From NCBI GenBank assembly GCA_964016885.1, contig OZ024750.1, positions 17,980,001 through 18,044,000 of the forward strand: a DNA stretch of 64,000 nt, in the 5' to 3' direction. Position numbers and translations under genes: made by a program. The notes under the pieces were generated by a model, which did not search any database, was not told the origin of the DNA, and saw only the letters and a program-made list of their open reading frames with translations. Shown piece by piece: positions 40,593 through 52,442 of the stretch (position 1 is its first letter; each line of letters opens with the position of its first letter). The DNA comes from Eledone cirrhosa. Taxonomy: Eukaryota.

Positions 40593-41068
40593 GTAAACAT
40601 TATCTTCTATTTGTATTCCATTCCTAGTCTTTCGCACTAGTTTCAGAGCATGGCAGACCATTTGGTCCAGGTGGGTGTGGGAAATAAATGTTTAACAATG
40701 ATGATGATGTATGGTATATATGGTGAGTTTTTTGTGTATGTGTATAGGTATACATACAAATATATGAATATAAAATGTTCTCTCACAACTCCACCCATCA
40801 ACACAATAATAGTAAATGAATACCACAAACCTAAACCAATCGAGACCCACCAAATATATTTACTTAACCACAAAACACAACTTTTAACATAATCCAATGT
40901 TCATCAATTGTACCATGCACTAGAATGGGTAGTATCAACTTTAATGAACCGAAACTATAAAGATTTCCTGTGGTTGACTGAAGAAAAAGAACTGGCTGTT
41001 TTCTTCGTTGTTTTTCTTCATTGATTTTGTCAAAACCATCGTCATTTCGTGATTGAAGCGGACCTACA

Positions 41069-41170
<102 letters not shown>

Positions 41171-41172
41171 GC

Positions 41173-41254
41173 GTCGTCGTGGTCGAGCGGTTAAGGCGAT
41201 GGACTAGAAATCCATTGGGGTCTCTCCGCATAGGTTCGAATCCTATCGGCGACG
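41173..41254 (+). tRNA. tRNA-Ser(AGA), 82 nt
   Basis: Acceptor stem GTCGTCG/CGGCGAC, anticodon arm ATGGA-CT-AGA-AA-TCCAT, long variable arm, T arm ATAGG-TTCGAAT-CCTAT, discriminator G. Confidence 0.92.
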
Positions 41255-41365
41255 TTTAATCATCTTTTAATCCCACCCTTGCAAGCAGGGAAAAAGCGGA
41301 CGTAAAAATGATGATGATGAAATGATATATATAATAGAGTTTTCTGTTTATGTTATGTTTTACAG

Positions 41366-41410
41366 GAAGAAAAAGACCTAACAAGTAGACATACGAGCGA
41401 TGTCGACATG
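41366..41410 (+). CDS. Micro-exon 20 (45 nt): EEKDLTSRHTSDVDM
   Basis: Consensus splice sites. Confidence 0.9.
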
Positions 41411-42083
41411 GTAAATATTATCTTCTATTTGTATTCTATTCCTAGTCTTTCGCACTAGTTTCAGAGCATGGCAGACCATTTGGTCCAGGTGGGTGTGGGA
41501 AATAAATGTGTAACTATGATGATGATGTACTTCCAACTCACTTTCAAAAGAGACTCAGTCATCCTTCTAATCAAAATGCTGCAACAACAAGAAACACCCA
41601 GCCCATTCTACACTGTGGTATATATATATATAGAAGATCTGCATAAGGTGAAACATTTGTTCTTGGTATGGTGAACTAACTGTTGTGTTACTACTTCTAT
41701 ATATATATATATATATATATGGGGGGTATATTTGGTGAGTATTTTGTGTATGTGTATAGGTTTACATAGAAATATATGAATATAAAATTTTCTCGCACAA
41801 CTCCACCCATCAACACAATAATAGCAAATGAATACCACAAACATAAACCAATCGAGACCCACTAAATATATTTACTTAACGACAAAACACAATCCAATGT
41901 TAACATAATCCAATGTTCATCAATTGTCCTGTGTGCACTAGAATGTGTAGTATCAACTTTAATGAACCGAAACTATAAACATTTCCTGTGGTTGAATGAA
42001 GAAAAGAACTGAGTGTTTTTTCGTTGTTTTCTTCAAATATTTCGTCAAAACCATGGTCATTTCGTGACCAAAGGGGACCTACA

Positions 42084-42164
<81 letters not shown>

Positions 42165-42649
42165 AATGATTTGATCAGAGACACACACTGTATTTAAGGT
42201 CGAGTGACGCAATTCCGAGTGAATAGCGGCCTTTAGACTCACCTAATCAATGAAACAGTTGTTAATACTGTAAATAAAACCCTTTTTCTACAGCCGACCA
42301 TGCTATTCTACAATCTGTCCCTACTATTGCCTTAAGAATGACCTGCATGGGAATTCTCGCAAACTCGCTACCTAACTAAGGAAACCCCTTGTTGAGTCAA
42401 ACAACTGCGTATGTTAAAACTATCTATAGTACAGAGTACTCAGGACCTCTAACTGGATTACCTAAAACGATAACTTGTTTATCCCATATATATATATATA
42501 CATATATATAGAGAAATAGAAAACTTCACCATAATATGTTTTACTACAATATAGTCTAATAATGGGGCATGTATAAAATCCACCGAACGGAAAAAGATGG
42601 TGAAGCTTCTATTTCTATTTCAATTCTAAACTTCGCTCGCCGTATTATT

Positions 42650-42683
<34 letters not shown>

Positions 42684-42723
42684 TCTTTTACCTGTTTCAG
42701 CCATCCGGCTGAGGCCATGCTGG

Positions 42724-42858
<135 letters not shown>

Positions 42859-42887
42859 GAGTTTTCTGTGTATGTTATATTTTACAG

Positions 42888-42931
42888 CGAGAAAAAGGCA
42901 GAACTAGAAGACGTACTACCGATTTCGGAAG
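42888..42931 (+). CDS. Cassette 21: 44-nt exon REKGRTRRRTTDFG(+AG), one base short of frame
   Basis: Intact AG/GT but ends GGAAG|gt, whereas exon 9 ends GGAAAG|gt; real frameshift or sequencing indel. Confidence 0.55.
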
Positions 42932-43572
42932 GTAAACATTAACTTCTATTTGTAGTGGATTGGCAGTATCGGTAGAGGGTCGGACGCCATGCTTTGACGC
43001 ATAGAATTACGGCCCTTGCCATTCTGAGTTCAAATCCCGCCGAGGTCAACTTTGCCTTTCATCCTTACGGGGTCGATAAAATAAAGTACCAGTAATGCAC
43101 TGGGATAATTGCTGGCCTTGTGCCAAAAGTAGAAACAATTATTAGTCTTCCGCACTAGTTTCATAGCATGGCAGACCGTTTGGTGGGTGTGGGAAATAAA
43201 TGTTTAACTATGATGATGATGTATTTCCAACTCACTTTCAAAAGAGCACCTAGTCCTTCCTGTAATCGAAATGCTGCCACAACAAGAAACACCCAGCCCA
43301 TTCTGCACAGTCATATATATATAAGGGGAAAAGATGCAACTGGAGTCCTTTTAAGAATATTTATTGTTTTCCTTTACCGTCTTCACAGTTCTTATGCCTT
43401 TCAAAAGTAGAACTGAGATAGAGGGTTTGTGGTTTTTCTCGCATCAGATGTAAACAAATTATATATTCTTAAAAACGCTCCAGTTGCATTTTCAATTTCA
43501 TCATTTTTCCTTATACTTTCATTCGTGTAGGACATCTCGTTTTTTTCATTAAAAAAAACACCTCATTTTCTC

Positions 43573-43605
<33 letters not shown>

Positions 43606-44370
43606 GGGGGTATATGTGGTGAGTGTTTTGTGTGGGTGTGTAGGTATATATACAAATATATGAATATAAACTTTTCTCTCACAACCCCTCACAACAACAC
43701 AATAATAGTAAATGAATACCACAAACCTAAACCAATTGAGACTCATCAAATATATTTACTTAACAGAAAACACAACTTTTGACATAATCCAATGTTCATC
43801 AATTGTCCCATGTGCACTACAATGTGATTGTATCAACTTTAATGAACCGAAACTATAAAGATTTCTTGTGGTTGACTGAAGAAAAAGAACTGGCTGATTT
43901 CTTCGTTGTTTTTCTTCATTGATTTTGTCAAAACCATCGTCATTTCGTTACCAAAGGGGGCTTGCAATATTACTGCACCAAATGACCAGCCTGTCCACTG
44001 TCCAGTTGGTCAAGTAGAGATTAAAATTGGCACTCCCAAAATTCTTATTTAGATTTACTCATGGTATTCTCATTAGAAACCCATTATATACTTGTTTAGC
44101 AGTAAATTTAATTTACCATCTGTCATGTACTATCCCCTCTGTTTCTTCCTCTATTACTAATATAAATACTTCAATTTTTCTGATTTTATCCAATTTATCC
44201 AAAATCTCTGAAGAAGTGACAACTGATTATACATTTGCTATCGAATACTTGCTAACATTATATGATTACGCAAGCAGCGATACATAGGTATTCAGTCTGT
44301 TACAGAAACATATGTCAATACCTAATAAATTCCTTTTTTAAAAAAAAGCACTTCCATTTTATATTCATCC

Positions 44371-44401
<31 letters not shown>

Positions 44402-44403
<2 letters not shown>

Positions 44404-45215
44404 CCGGGGCACCCAAATAAAAAACGCCCCCCCCCCCCATAAAAAAACGGGGCACCCAAATAAAAAACGGACCCCCCCCCCAAAAAAAACGGGGCACCCA
44501 AATAAAAAACGGGGCACGCGAATAAAAAACGGAGCACCCCTAATAAAAAACGCCCCCCCCCATAAAAAAACGGGGGCACCCAAATAAAAAACGGACCCCT
44601 CCCCCAAAAAAACGGGGCACCCAAATAAAAAACGGGGCACGCGAATAAAAAACGGAGCACCCTAATAAAAAACGCCCCCCCCCCATAAAAAAAACGGGGC
44701 ACCCAAATAAAAAACGGACCCCCCCCCAAAAAAAAACGGGGCACCCAAATAAAAAACGGGGCACGCGAATAAAAAACGGAGCACCCTAATAAAAAACGCC
44801 CCCCCCCATAAAAAAACGGGGCGCCCAAATAAAAAACGGACCCCCCCCCCCATAAAAAACGGGGCACCAAAATAAAAAAACGGGGCACCAAAATAAAAAA
44901 CGGACCCCACTCATAAAAAACCGGGGCACCCAAATAAAAAACGGACCCCCCCCATAAAAAAAACGGGGCACCCAAATAAAAAAACGGGGCACCCAAATAA
45001 AAAACCGGGGCGCCCAAATAAAAAACGGACCCCACCCCCATAAAAAAACGGGGCACCCAAATAAAAAACGGACCCCCCCCCCATAAAAAAACGGGGCACC
45101 CAAATAAAAAAACAGACCCCCCCCCATAAAAAAACAGGGCACCCAAATAAAAAACGGGACACCCAAATAAAAAACGGACCCCCCCCCCCATAAAAAAACG
45201 GGCACCAAATAAACA
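44402..45215. repeat. Homopolymer-rich about 20-bp minisatellite (aaaaaacggggcacccaaat / aaaaaacggacccccccccat)
   Basis: Alternating unit variants repeated about 40 times. Confidence 0.9.
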
Positions 45216-45430
45216 ATTTATTACAATTTCGTATCTTACGTCCATATTAAATTTTCATTCTGAAAAACGATTTTAGATGTCTCTGTTGAGCTCGCCTGTC
45301 TTCGTGAAACCTATTGGTAAATGGAATAATTGTTTTGTGTTGTTTATTGCATAATTAAATAGCTCTGTAGCATACATCGAGCACCCTCCCTTCTTTTACC
45401 CTTTCTACGGAAATACTTCATATATATCTC

Positions 45431-45836
45431 TCATCTAGGGCGGGTAAAATTCCCGAGATCCATGGACGAGTTCTCTCCAGCGGTCCTGTCCCTCATTATC
45501 GCTGCCATGTCCTGCGTCTCCAACAGACCAGTGTCTGTCCTTAGGGCATCAACATACGTTAACCTTGGTCTTCCTCTTCCACTGTGCCCATGTAGGGGCT
45601 CCCACAGGAGCACTGAGTGCAATGTCAACTCTGGATGTCGGTGAGCATGTCCATCTAACCTCAGTCTCCTATGTGTCACATTTGAGCTGACTTTTGGGAG
45701 GCTCCCATACAGCTCTGAGTTTTCATCCTCAGTTTATACTGATTAATGTTCAGAGCCATCCTCAGCATTCTCGTGTAGCACCCATCCACCATCTGAGTGA
45801 GTTTCTTGGTCAGTGTCCAAGTCTCAGACCCGTACA
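45431..45836 (-). mobile_element. RTE-clade LINE 3' fragment abutting cassette 22
   Basis: LYGSETWTLTKKLTQMVDGCYTRMLRMALNI..RRLRLDGHAHRH..LLWEP..RGRPRLTYVD. Confidence 0.88.
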
Positions 45837-45865
45837 GAATTTTCTGTTTATGTAATATTTTACTG

Positions 45866-45907
45866 CAAGAAGAAGACCAAACTAGATGTTCTACTGTTGT
45901 TGACATG
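45866..45907 (+). pseudogene. Cassette 22 pseudo-exon (42 nt) QEEDQTRCSTVVDM
   Basis: Acceptor is ttttacTG instead of ttttacAG; the next AGs (+4, +7, +10) are out of frame; donor intact. Confidence 0.75.
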
Positions 45908-46925
45908 GTAATTATTGTCTTCTATTTGTATTGCATTACTAGTCTTTCGTGTTGTGGATTAACAGTACTGGTAGAGCATCGAATGACATGCTTTGCAGCA
46001 TAGAGTTATGGCCCATTACATTCTGTGCTCAAATCCCCGCCGAGGTTAACTTTGCCTTTCATCCTTAAGGGGTCGATAAAATAAAGTAACACTAATGCAC
46101 TGGGATCAATTTAATCGACTCTCCCCTTCCACAAAATTGTTTGTCTTGTGTAAAATAAGAAATCATTATTAGTCTTTTACGGGGGTGGTGGATTGGCTGT
46201 ATCGGTAGAGAGTCGGACACCATGCTTTGCAGCATAGAGTTATGGCCCTTTATGATCTGATTTCAAGTCCCGCCGAGTTTTCCTTTGCCTTTCATCCTTA
46301 CGGAGTTGATAACATAAAATACCAATCACGCACTGGGGTCGATTTAGTCGACTTTCCCCTCCTCCAAATTGCTGGCCTTGTGCCTATATAAGAAACCATT
46401 GTTAGTCTTTTACACTTATTTGGAATAATAACATTTCCCTGTCAATTATTATTTCCATGTTTTCTTGGTCTTATCCTCTTAATGAAATATTCATAAAACT
46501 ATAAGGAGTTCCTGTGGTTGACTGAAGAAAAAGAGCTGGCTGATTCTTCGTTGTCTTTGTCTTGTACTCCCTTAGTTGAGCTCACAATCATAAGTTTGTA
46601 AGTTCAAATCCTGGACTGGGTGGTGCGCTGTATTCTTGTGATAAACACTTTATTTCACGTTGCTCCAGTTCACTCAGCTGTAGAATTGAATTGTGGTGTG
46701 ACTGGAGCCAAGCTGTATTGGCCATTGCCTTTCCTTTAGGCAACATCGGTGGCATGGAGAGGGGAGAATGGCATGCATGGGTGACTGTTTGTCTTCCACA
46801 AAAACACCATACCCAGACTTGTGCTATGGAGGAGAACTTTCTAGGTGCAAAACACCATAGTCATTTTGTGACCAAAGGGTCCCTACAATATATATATATA
46901 TATATGGAGGAGGTTATATACAAAC

Positions 46926-47006
<81 letters not shown>

Positions 47007-47055
47007 TATAGAGAGAGAGAAATAGAAACTTCAGTGTAATATATACATATATATC

Positions 47056-47430
47056 ATCATCATCATTACTCGTCGACTACTGTCGAGATGATGGATCTCA
47101 CTCTCATGCCCCAGAATTCCCTGTTCCCCATCGCTGCCCCCAGGTCCTGTCTACTGATTCCCGTATCCCTAGAGATAACGTCAGGGAATGACAGCTTCCT
47201 ACTCCTAGTCAGGCTGGAGTCAGGGTTCCAGAGCAAGAGAGCGGATATGATTTCATTGCTGGCACGGTGACAGTGGCCAGCAGATTGAGCTCTCCGGGAT
47301 TTTAGAAGGGCAGAGGCTCGAGGGAGTTTGCCATAGAGTTTAGACAAGGTGGGATGTCGTTTCCAGGATAGGTTTTGCACTCTCATTAAGAGGCGGGTAT
47401 ATGTGCCATCCAATCTCCTCTCAAGTTGTG
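47056..47430 (-). mobile_element. RTE-clade LINE 3' fragment with (GAT)n tail
   Basis: LERRLDGTYTRLLMRVQNLSWKRHPT..AGHCHRASNEIISALLLW. Confidence 0.85.
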
Positions 47431-47467
47431 ATGTTTTTTTTTCAAAAGCCTTCGACATATATATATA

Positions 47468-47560
<93 letters not shown>

Positions 47561-47589
47561 GAATTTTCTGTTTATGTAATATTTTACAG

Positions 47590-47634
47590 CAAGGAAGAGA
47601 CCGAACTAGGGGACGTGTTATTGATATCGACATG
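47590..47634 (+). CDS. Micro-exon 23 (45 nt): QGRDRTRGRVIDIDM
   Basis: Consensus splice sites. Confidence 0.88.
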
Positions 47635-48148
47635 GTAAATGTTATCTTCTATTTGTATTGCGGCGGGGGATTGGCAGTATCAGTAGAAGGTCGGACGCCA
47701 TGCTTTGCAGCATAGAGTTACGCCCCTTTATGGTGTGAGTTCAAATCCCGCCGAGGTTCACTTTGCTTTCATCCTTACGGGGTCGATAAAATAAAGTACC
47801 AGTAATGTACTGGGTAATTGTTGGCCTTGTGCCAATAGTAGAAACAATTATTACTCCTTTGCATTGTGGATTAGCAGTATTGGTAGAGCATCGAACGACA
47901 TGCTTTGTGGCTTAGAGTTATGGCGCTTTAAATTCTGTACTCAAATTCCACACCTTAGCTAGACTTGTGCCACGGAAGGGAATTTTTTCTGGGTGCAAAA
48001 CCATGGTCATTTCGTGACCAAAGGGGGCCTGCAATGTATATATATATATATATATGATGTAGGAGTTGTATTTAATTTGTTGGAATTCCGACAAACATAA
48101 ATGTTTATAACTGATATAGAGCACTCAACAAGTTACTGGAGTAAATAT

Positions 48149-48393
48149 TCCAAGATAATAATAAATGGAAACTATATTTATAAAACCATATTTATTTTAT
48201 TATATATATTTCAAGGGCGACCAAGCAAATTTTGGTGCGCTTTCATCAGATAAAATACAAAATTTGTTTTATAAAACAAATTTTGTATTTTATCTGATGA
48301 AAGAGCACCAAGATTTGCTTGGTCGCCCTTGAAATATATATAATAAAATAAATATGGTTTTATAAATATAGTTTCCATTTATTATTATCTTGG
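48149..48393. mobile_element. About 245-bp palindrome carrying a type I hammerhead on each strand (plus copy 48286-48350)
   Basis: Mirror centre at about 48271; tattttat-CTGATGA-aag...ctt-GAAA-tatata-TA-ataaaata with a perfect 8-bp stem I. Confidence 0.8.
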
Positions 48394-48554
48394 TATATAT
48401 ATATATATATATGAATAGAAACTTCACCATAATATGTTTTACTACAATATAGTCTAATAATGCGGCATGTATAAAATCCACTGAACGGAAAAAGATGGTG
48501 AAGCTTCTATTTCTATTTCAATTCTAAACTTCACTCACCGCATTATTCCATATT

Positions 48555-48636
<82 letters not shown>

Positions 48637-48920
48637 GAATAATCGAGAATCGGAATATCAGCCCACGAAATCACGATAAACAATATCCGATATATGTGGC
48701 AGAGGGCTCAATAATTTGGAAAAATCAGAGCTATAACTATCGTTAAAATACCAACACATAGAGATCATGCCTAAAATCATCCGTGCAGCCGAAAAAGAAC
48801 GACCAGGAAGATTCGGGTCACTCAAATAAAATATCAATAAATTAATAAATTAAATTAATGTAAATATATATATATATATATATATATAATATAATTTTCT
48901 GTTTATGTAATATTTTACAG

Positions 48921-48965
48921 CAACGAAGAGAACGAATTAGTAGACATTCGATCGATGTTGACATG
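48921..48965 (+). CDS. Micro-exon 24 (45 nt): QRRERISRHSIDVDM
   Basis: Consensus splice sites. Confidence 0.88.
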
Positions 48966-49419
48966 GTAAATATTCTATTCTATTTGTATTGCATTATTAC
49001 CGAGGTTGACTTTGCCTTTCATCCTTACGGGGTCGATAAAATAAAGTACCAGTAATGCACTGGGTAATTGCTGGCCTTGTGCCTAAAGTAGAAACAATTA
49101 TTAGTGTTTCGGGCGGTGGGTTGGCAGTATCGGTAGAGCATCAAACGACGTGCTTTGCGACATAGAGTTATGGCCCTTTACATGTTTGCTCAAATCCCGC
49201 CGAGGTTAACTTTGCCTTTCATCCTTACAGGGTCGATAAAATAAAGCACCAGTAATGCACTGGGGTAATTTCTGGCCTTGTGCCAAAAGTAGAAACAATT
49301 ATTATTCTTTCGGGTGGTGGGTTATCAGTATCGGTAGAGCGTCGAACGACATGCTTTGCGGCATGGAGTTATATAAATATATATATAATAGAATTTTCTG
49401 TTTATGTAATATTTTACAC

Positions 49420-49464
49420 CAAGTAAGAGACCAAACTAGTTGAGCTTCGATCAATGTCGACATA
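49420..49464 (+). pseudogene. Cassette 25 pseudo-exon QVRDQTS*ASINVDI
   Basis: Acceptor mutated to ttttacAC and in-frame TGA at 49441. Confidence 0.85.
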
Positions 49465-49906
49465 GTAATTATTTTCTTCTATTTGTATTGCATTATTAGG
49501 TGGATTGGCAGTATCGGTAGAGGGTCGGACGCCATGCTTTGGCGCATAGAGTTACGGCCCTTGCCATTCTGAGTTCAAATCCCGGCGAGGTTAACTTTGC
49601 CTTTCATCCTTACGGGGTCGATAAAATAAAGCACCAGTACAATACACTGGAGTAATTGCTGGCCTTGTGCCAACACAACCTTTAGCATAATCCAACGTAC
49701 ACCAACTGTCCCGTGTGCACTAGAATGGATAGTATCAACTTTAATTCACCGAAACTATAAGGATTTCCTGTGGTTGACTGAAGTAAAAGAACTGACCGTT
49801 TTCTTCATTGTTTTTCTTTATTGTATTCGTCTTGTGCTCCCTTAGTTGAGCTCACAATCACAAGGTTGTAAGTTTGAATCCCGGACTAGGTGGTGCGTTG
49901 TGTTCT

Positions 49907-49959
<53 letters not shown>

Positions 49960-50074
49960 AATAAACGTGCTACGTGGTGGCAAATGTGTTACATATGAAT
50001 AAAGTTAGTCCTTCAACAGTGATCTTCCAATGAAATACCAATGATGGTTGGAAGATCACTGATGAAGGACTAAC

Positions 50075-50105
<31 letters not shown>

Positions 50106-50329
50106 TGGAAAATGTGTGAGATCCTTGGTACAGTTAGGTATATTTGAAAGAAAGGAAAAGAATGACTTCACTTGTAGTGTTAAAAATGTTGATTATATAA
50201 TGGCATAGCTGAATCACTCATCAAATGTCAGCTAATGAAATAAAACCAGCTGGAGAGGATGTTTACAACCACCCTCTCAAACACCCTTATCTTGCAACCA
50301 CACTATTTTCTGAGTGTATATATGTATGT

Positions 50330-50400
<71 letters not shown>

Positions 50401-50924
50401 TGTGTGTGTATGTATGCTTTAATTCCTCCAAATCTTCATCATCATCAACACTCATTAACACCACACCCCACACCCCAGACACATCCAAATCTCTTTTATA
50501 TATAGTCACACATCTCAACACAACCTGATCTTAGTTTGACATTCACCACAGGCGAATGCGAGAAAGTTCTCCAACCAAAGTTAACCAAAGTTAACCAAAG
50601 TTAACAAAGAACTAACTAGATCTACCAACTCATAATATTATAATATAAAATTAAATCAACATTTTTTAACACTACAAGTGAAGTCATCCTTTTCCTTTTT
50701 TTTCCAATATATATGTATATATATTCTCATTTCATTTGTTGTGCTCATAGTTTTTGGCAGTAGTATATATACTGGTTGGATGCCCTTCCTAACACCAGCA
50801 CCACTTCACGGCATGGACTGGGTGCTTTTTTTCGTACCACCAGCACTATATATATATATATATATATATAAATAGAAGCTTCTATTACTATTTCTATTGT
50901 AAACTTTGCTCGCTGCATTATTCC

Positions 50925-50966
<42 letters not shown>

Positions 50967-51007
50967 ATGTATGAAATTGAATTTTCTGTTCATGTAATAT
51001 TTTACAG

Positions 51008-51049
51008 CTAGCCTACGAATCGAATATACATTCAATGGATGCCGGCATG
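51008..51049 (+). CDS. Micro-exon 26 (42 nt): LAYESNIHSMDAGM
   Basis: Consensus splice sites. Confidence 0.85.
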
Positions 51050-51604
51050 GTAATTATTGTCTTATAAGTCTTTTGGGCGGTGGATTAGCAGAATCAGTAA
51101 AGCGTCGAACGACATGCTTTGCGGCATAGAGTTATGTCCCTTTACAGAACAGTCTAAAATAAGTCTGCTTAATCGTTAATCTTGCCATTACGGCAGTTTC
51201 GTCTGTTACAAAAATATTGGCTATTCCATTATATGCAAAAGACAACATCCAAGACCTTCAGACTCACCAGATGGCTTCTTTGAAAGTATAACCGAATATG
51301 GAAGAACCATCCATTGACGTTCACGCATGGTGTAGATTTTCACGCGTGCATAGATCAGGCAAGCTAGTGAATATTTGTACACAGGACAAAGACGAATATA
51401 AATGCCGCTAGATATAGCAGATATACTCTTTTACTCTTTTACCTGTTCCAGCCACCCAGTTGTGGCCATGCTGGGGTCAATGAAGTCAGCAATAAAGGAG
51501 TATCAAATATCAAACAGAAGATTATTTGTCACTGGTAGACTGATAATCTCAATAAATACCACTAGAGTAATTTTTACAAAGTTAGCTTGATTGCCTGATC
51601 TCTT

Positions 51605-51684
<80 letters not shown>

Positions 51685-51752
51685 TTGCCTGTCACTGATC
51701 TATCAAGATCGTTGATGCTGGTATAGCATGAAAAAATTATACATCTCATATG

Positions 51753-51830
51753 TATTTTATCTGATGAGAGCATGCTCGGATTTATGTTAAACATAAATAT
51801 TTGCATCCCCGAAATATATATAATAAAATA
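51753..51830 (+). ncRNA. Type I hammerhead ribozyme
   Basis: tattttat-CTGATGA-g...(atttatgt taa acataaat hairpin)...c-GAAA-tatata-TA-ataaaata. Confidence 0.7.
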
Positions 51831-51843
51831 AATAGTTTATTAC

Positions 51844-51877
<34 letters not shown>

Positions 51878-51879
51878 GT

Positions 51880-52095
51880 TCTTTGAGTCTCAGTCATTGA
51901 TGTTGGTTAACTGGAAAGTTTGTTGAAATGAATATCAAGCCACTACCTGCAGCCTCAGATATTCAGGACGTATCGGAGGGTTCTTGCTGTTCCCAGCAAG
52001 CATGCCTTTTGAAGTGTTCCAAAAAGTGGGGCGGGCCAATTTTCTTTAACCATCCCTGGAAACTCTTTGAGATAGTACCTTGTGCGCCTAATTAT
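51880..52095 (-). mobile_element. 3' end of an R4/Dong-like non-LTR element with (TAA)n tail
   Basis: Minus strand GTISKSFQGWLKKIG..LQKACLLGTARTLRYVLNI. Confidence 0.7.
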
Positions 52096-52309
52096 TATTA
52101 TTATTAGCGGTGGATTGGCAGTATCTGTAGAGGGTCGGACGCCATGCTTTCCAGCATAGTTACGTCCCTATACGATCTGAGTTCAAATCCCGCCGAGGTT
52201 GACTTTGCCTTTCATCCTTACGGGGTCGATAAAATAAAGTACCAGTAATGCACTGGGTAATTGTTGGCCTTGTGCCTAAAGTAGAAACAATTATTATTAT
52301 TATTACTAT

Positions 52310-52342
<33 letters not shown>

Positions 52343-52388
52343 ATCATCTTAATACTATAGAGTTTTCTGTTTATGTATTATTCCATAG

Positions 52389-52442
52389 CAAGATTTCCTT
52401 ATGCACAGAGAATCCATGGATTCGACCGACGGCGTTGACATG
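52389..52442 (+). CDS. Micro-exon 27 (54 nt): QDFLMHRESMDSTDGVDM
   Basis: taatactatagagttttctgtttatgtattattccatAG ... GTaattag. Confidence 0.88.

Noticed and set aside
44322-45245. 307-aa F/G-rich ORF and overlapping ORFs
   Set aside because: Translation of a homopolymer minisatellite that is open in several frames.
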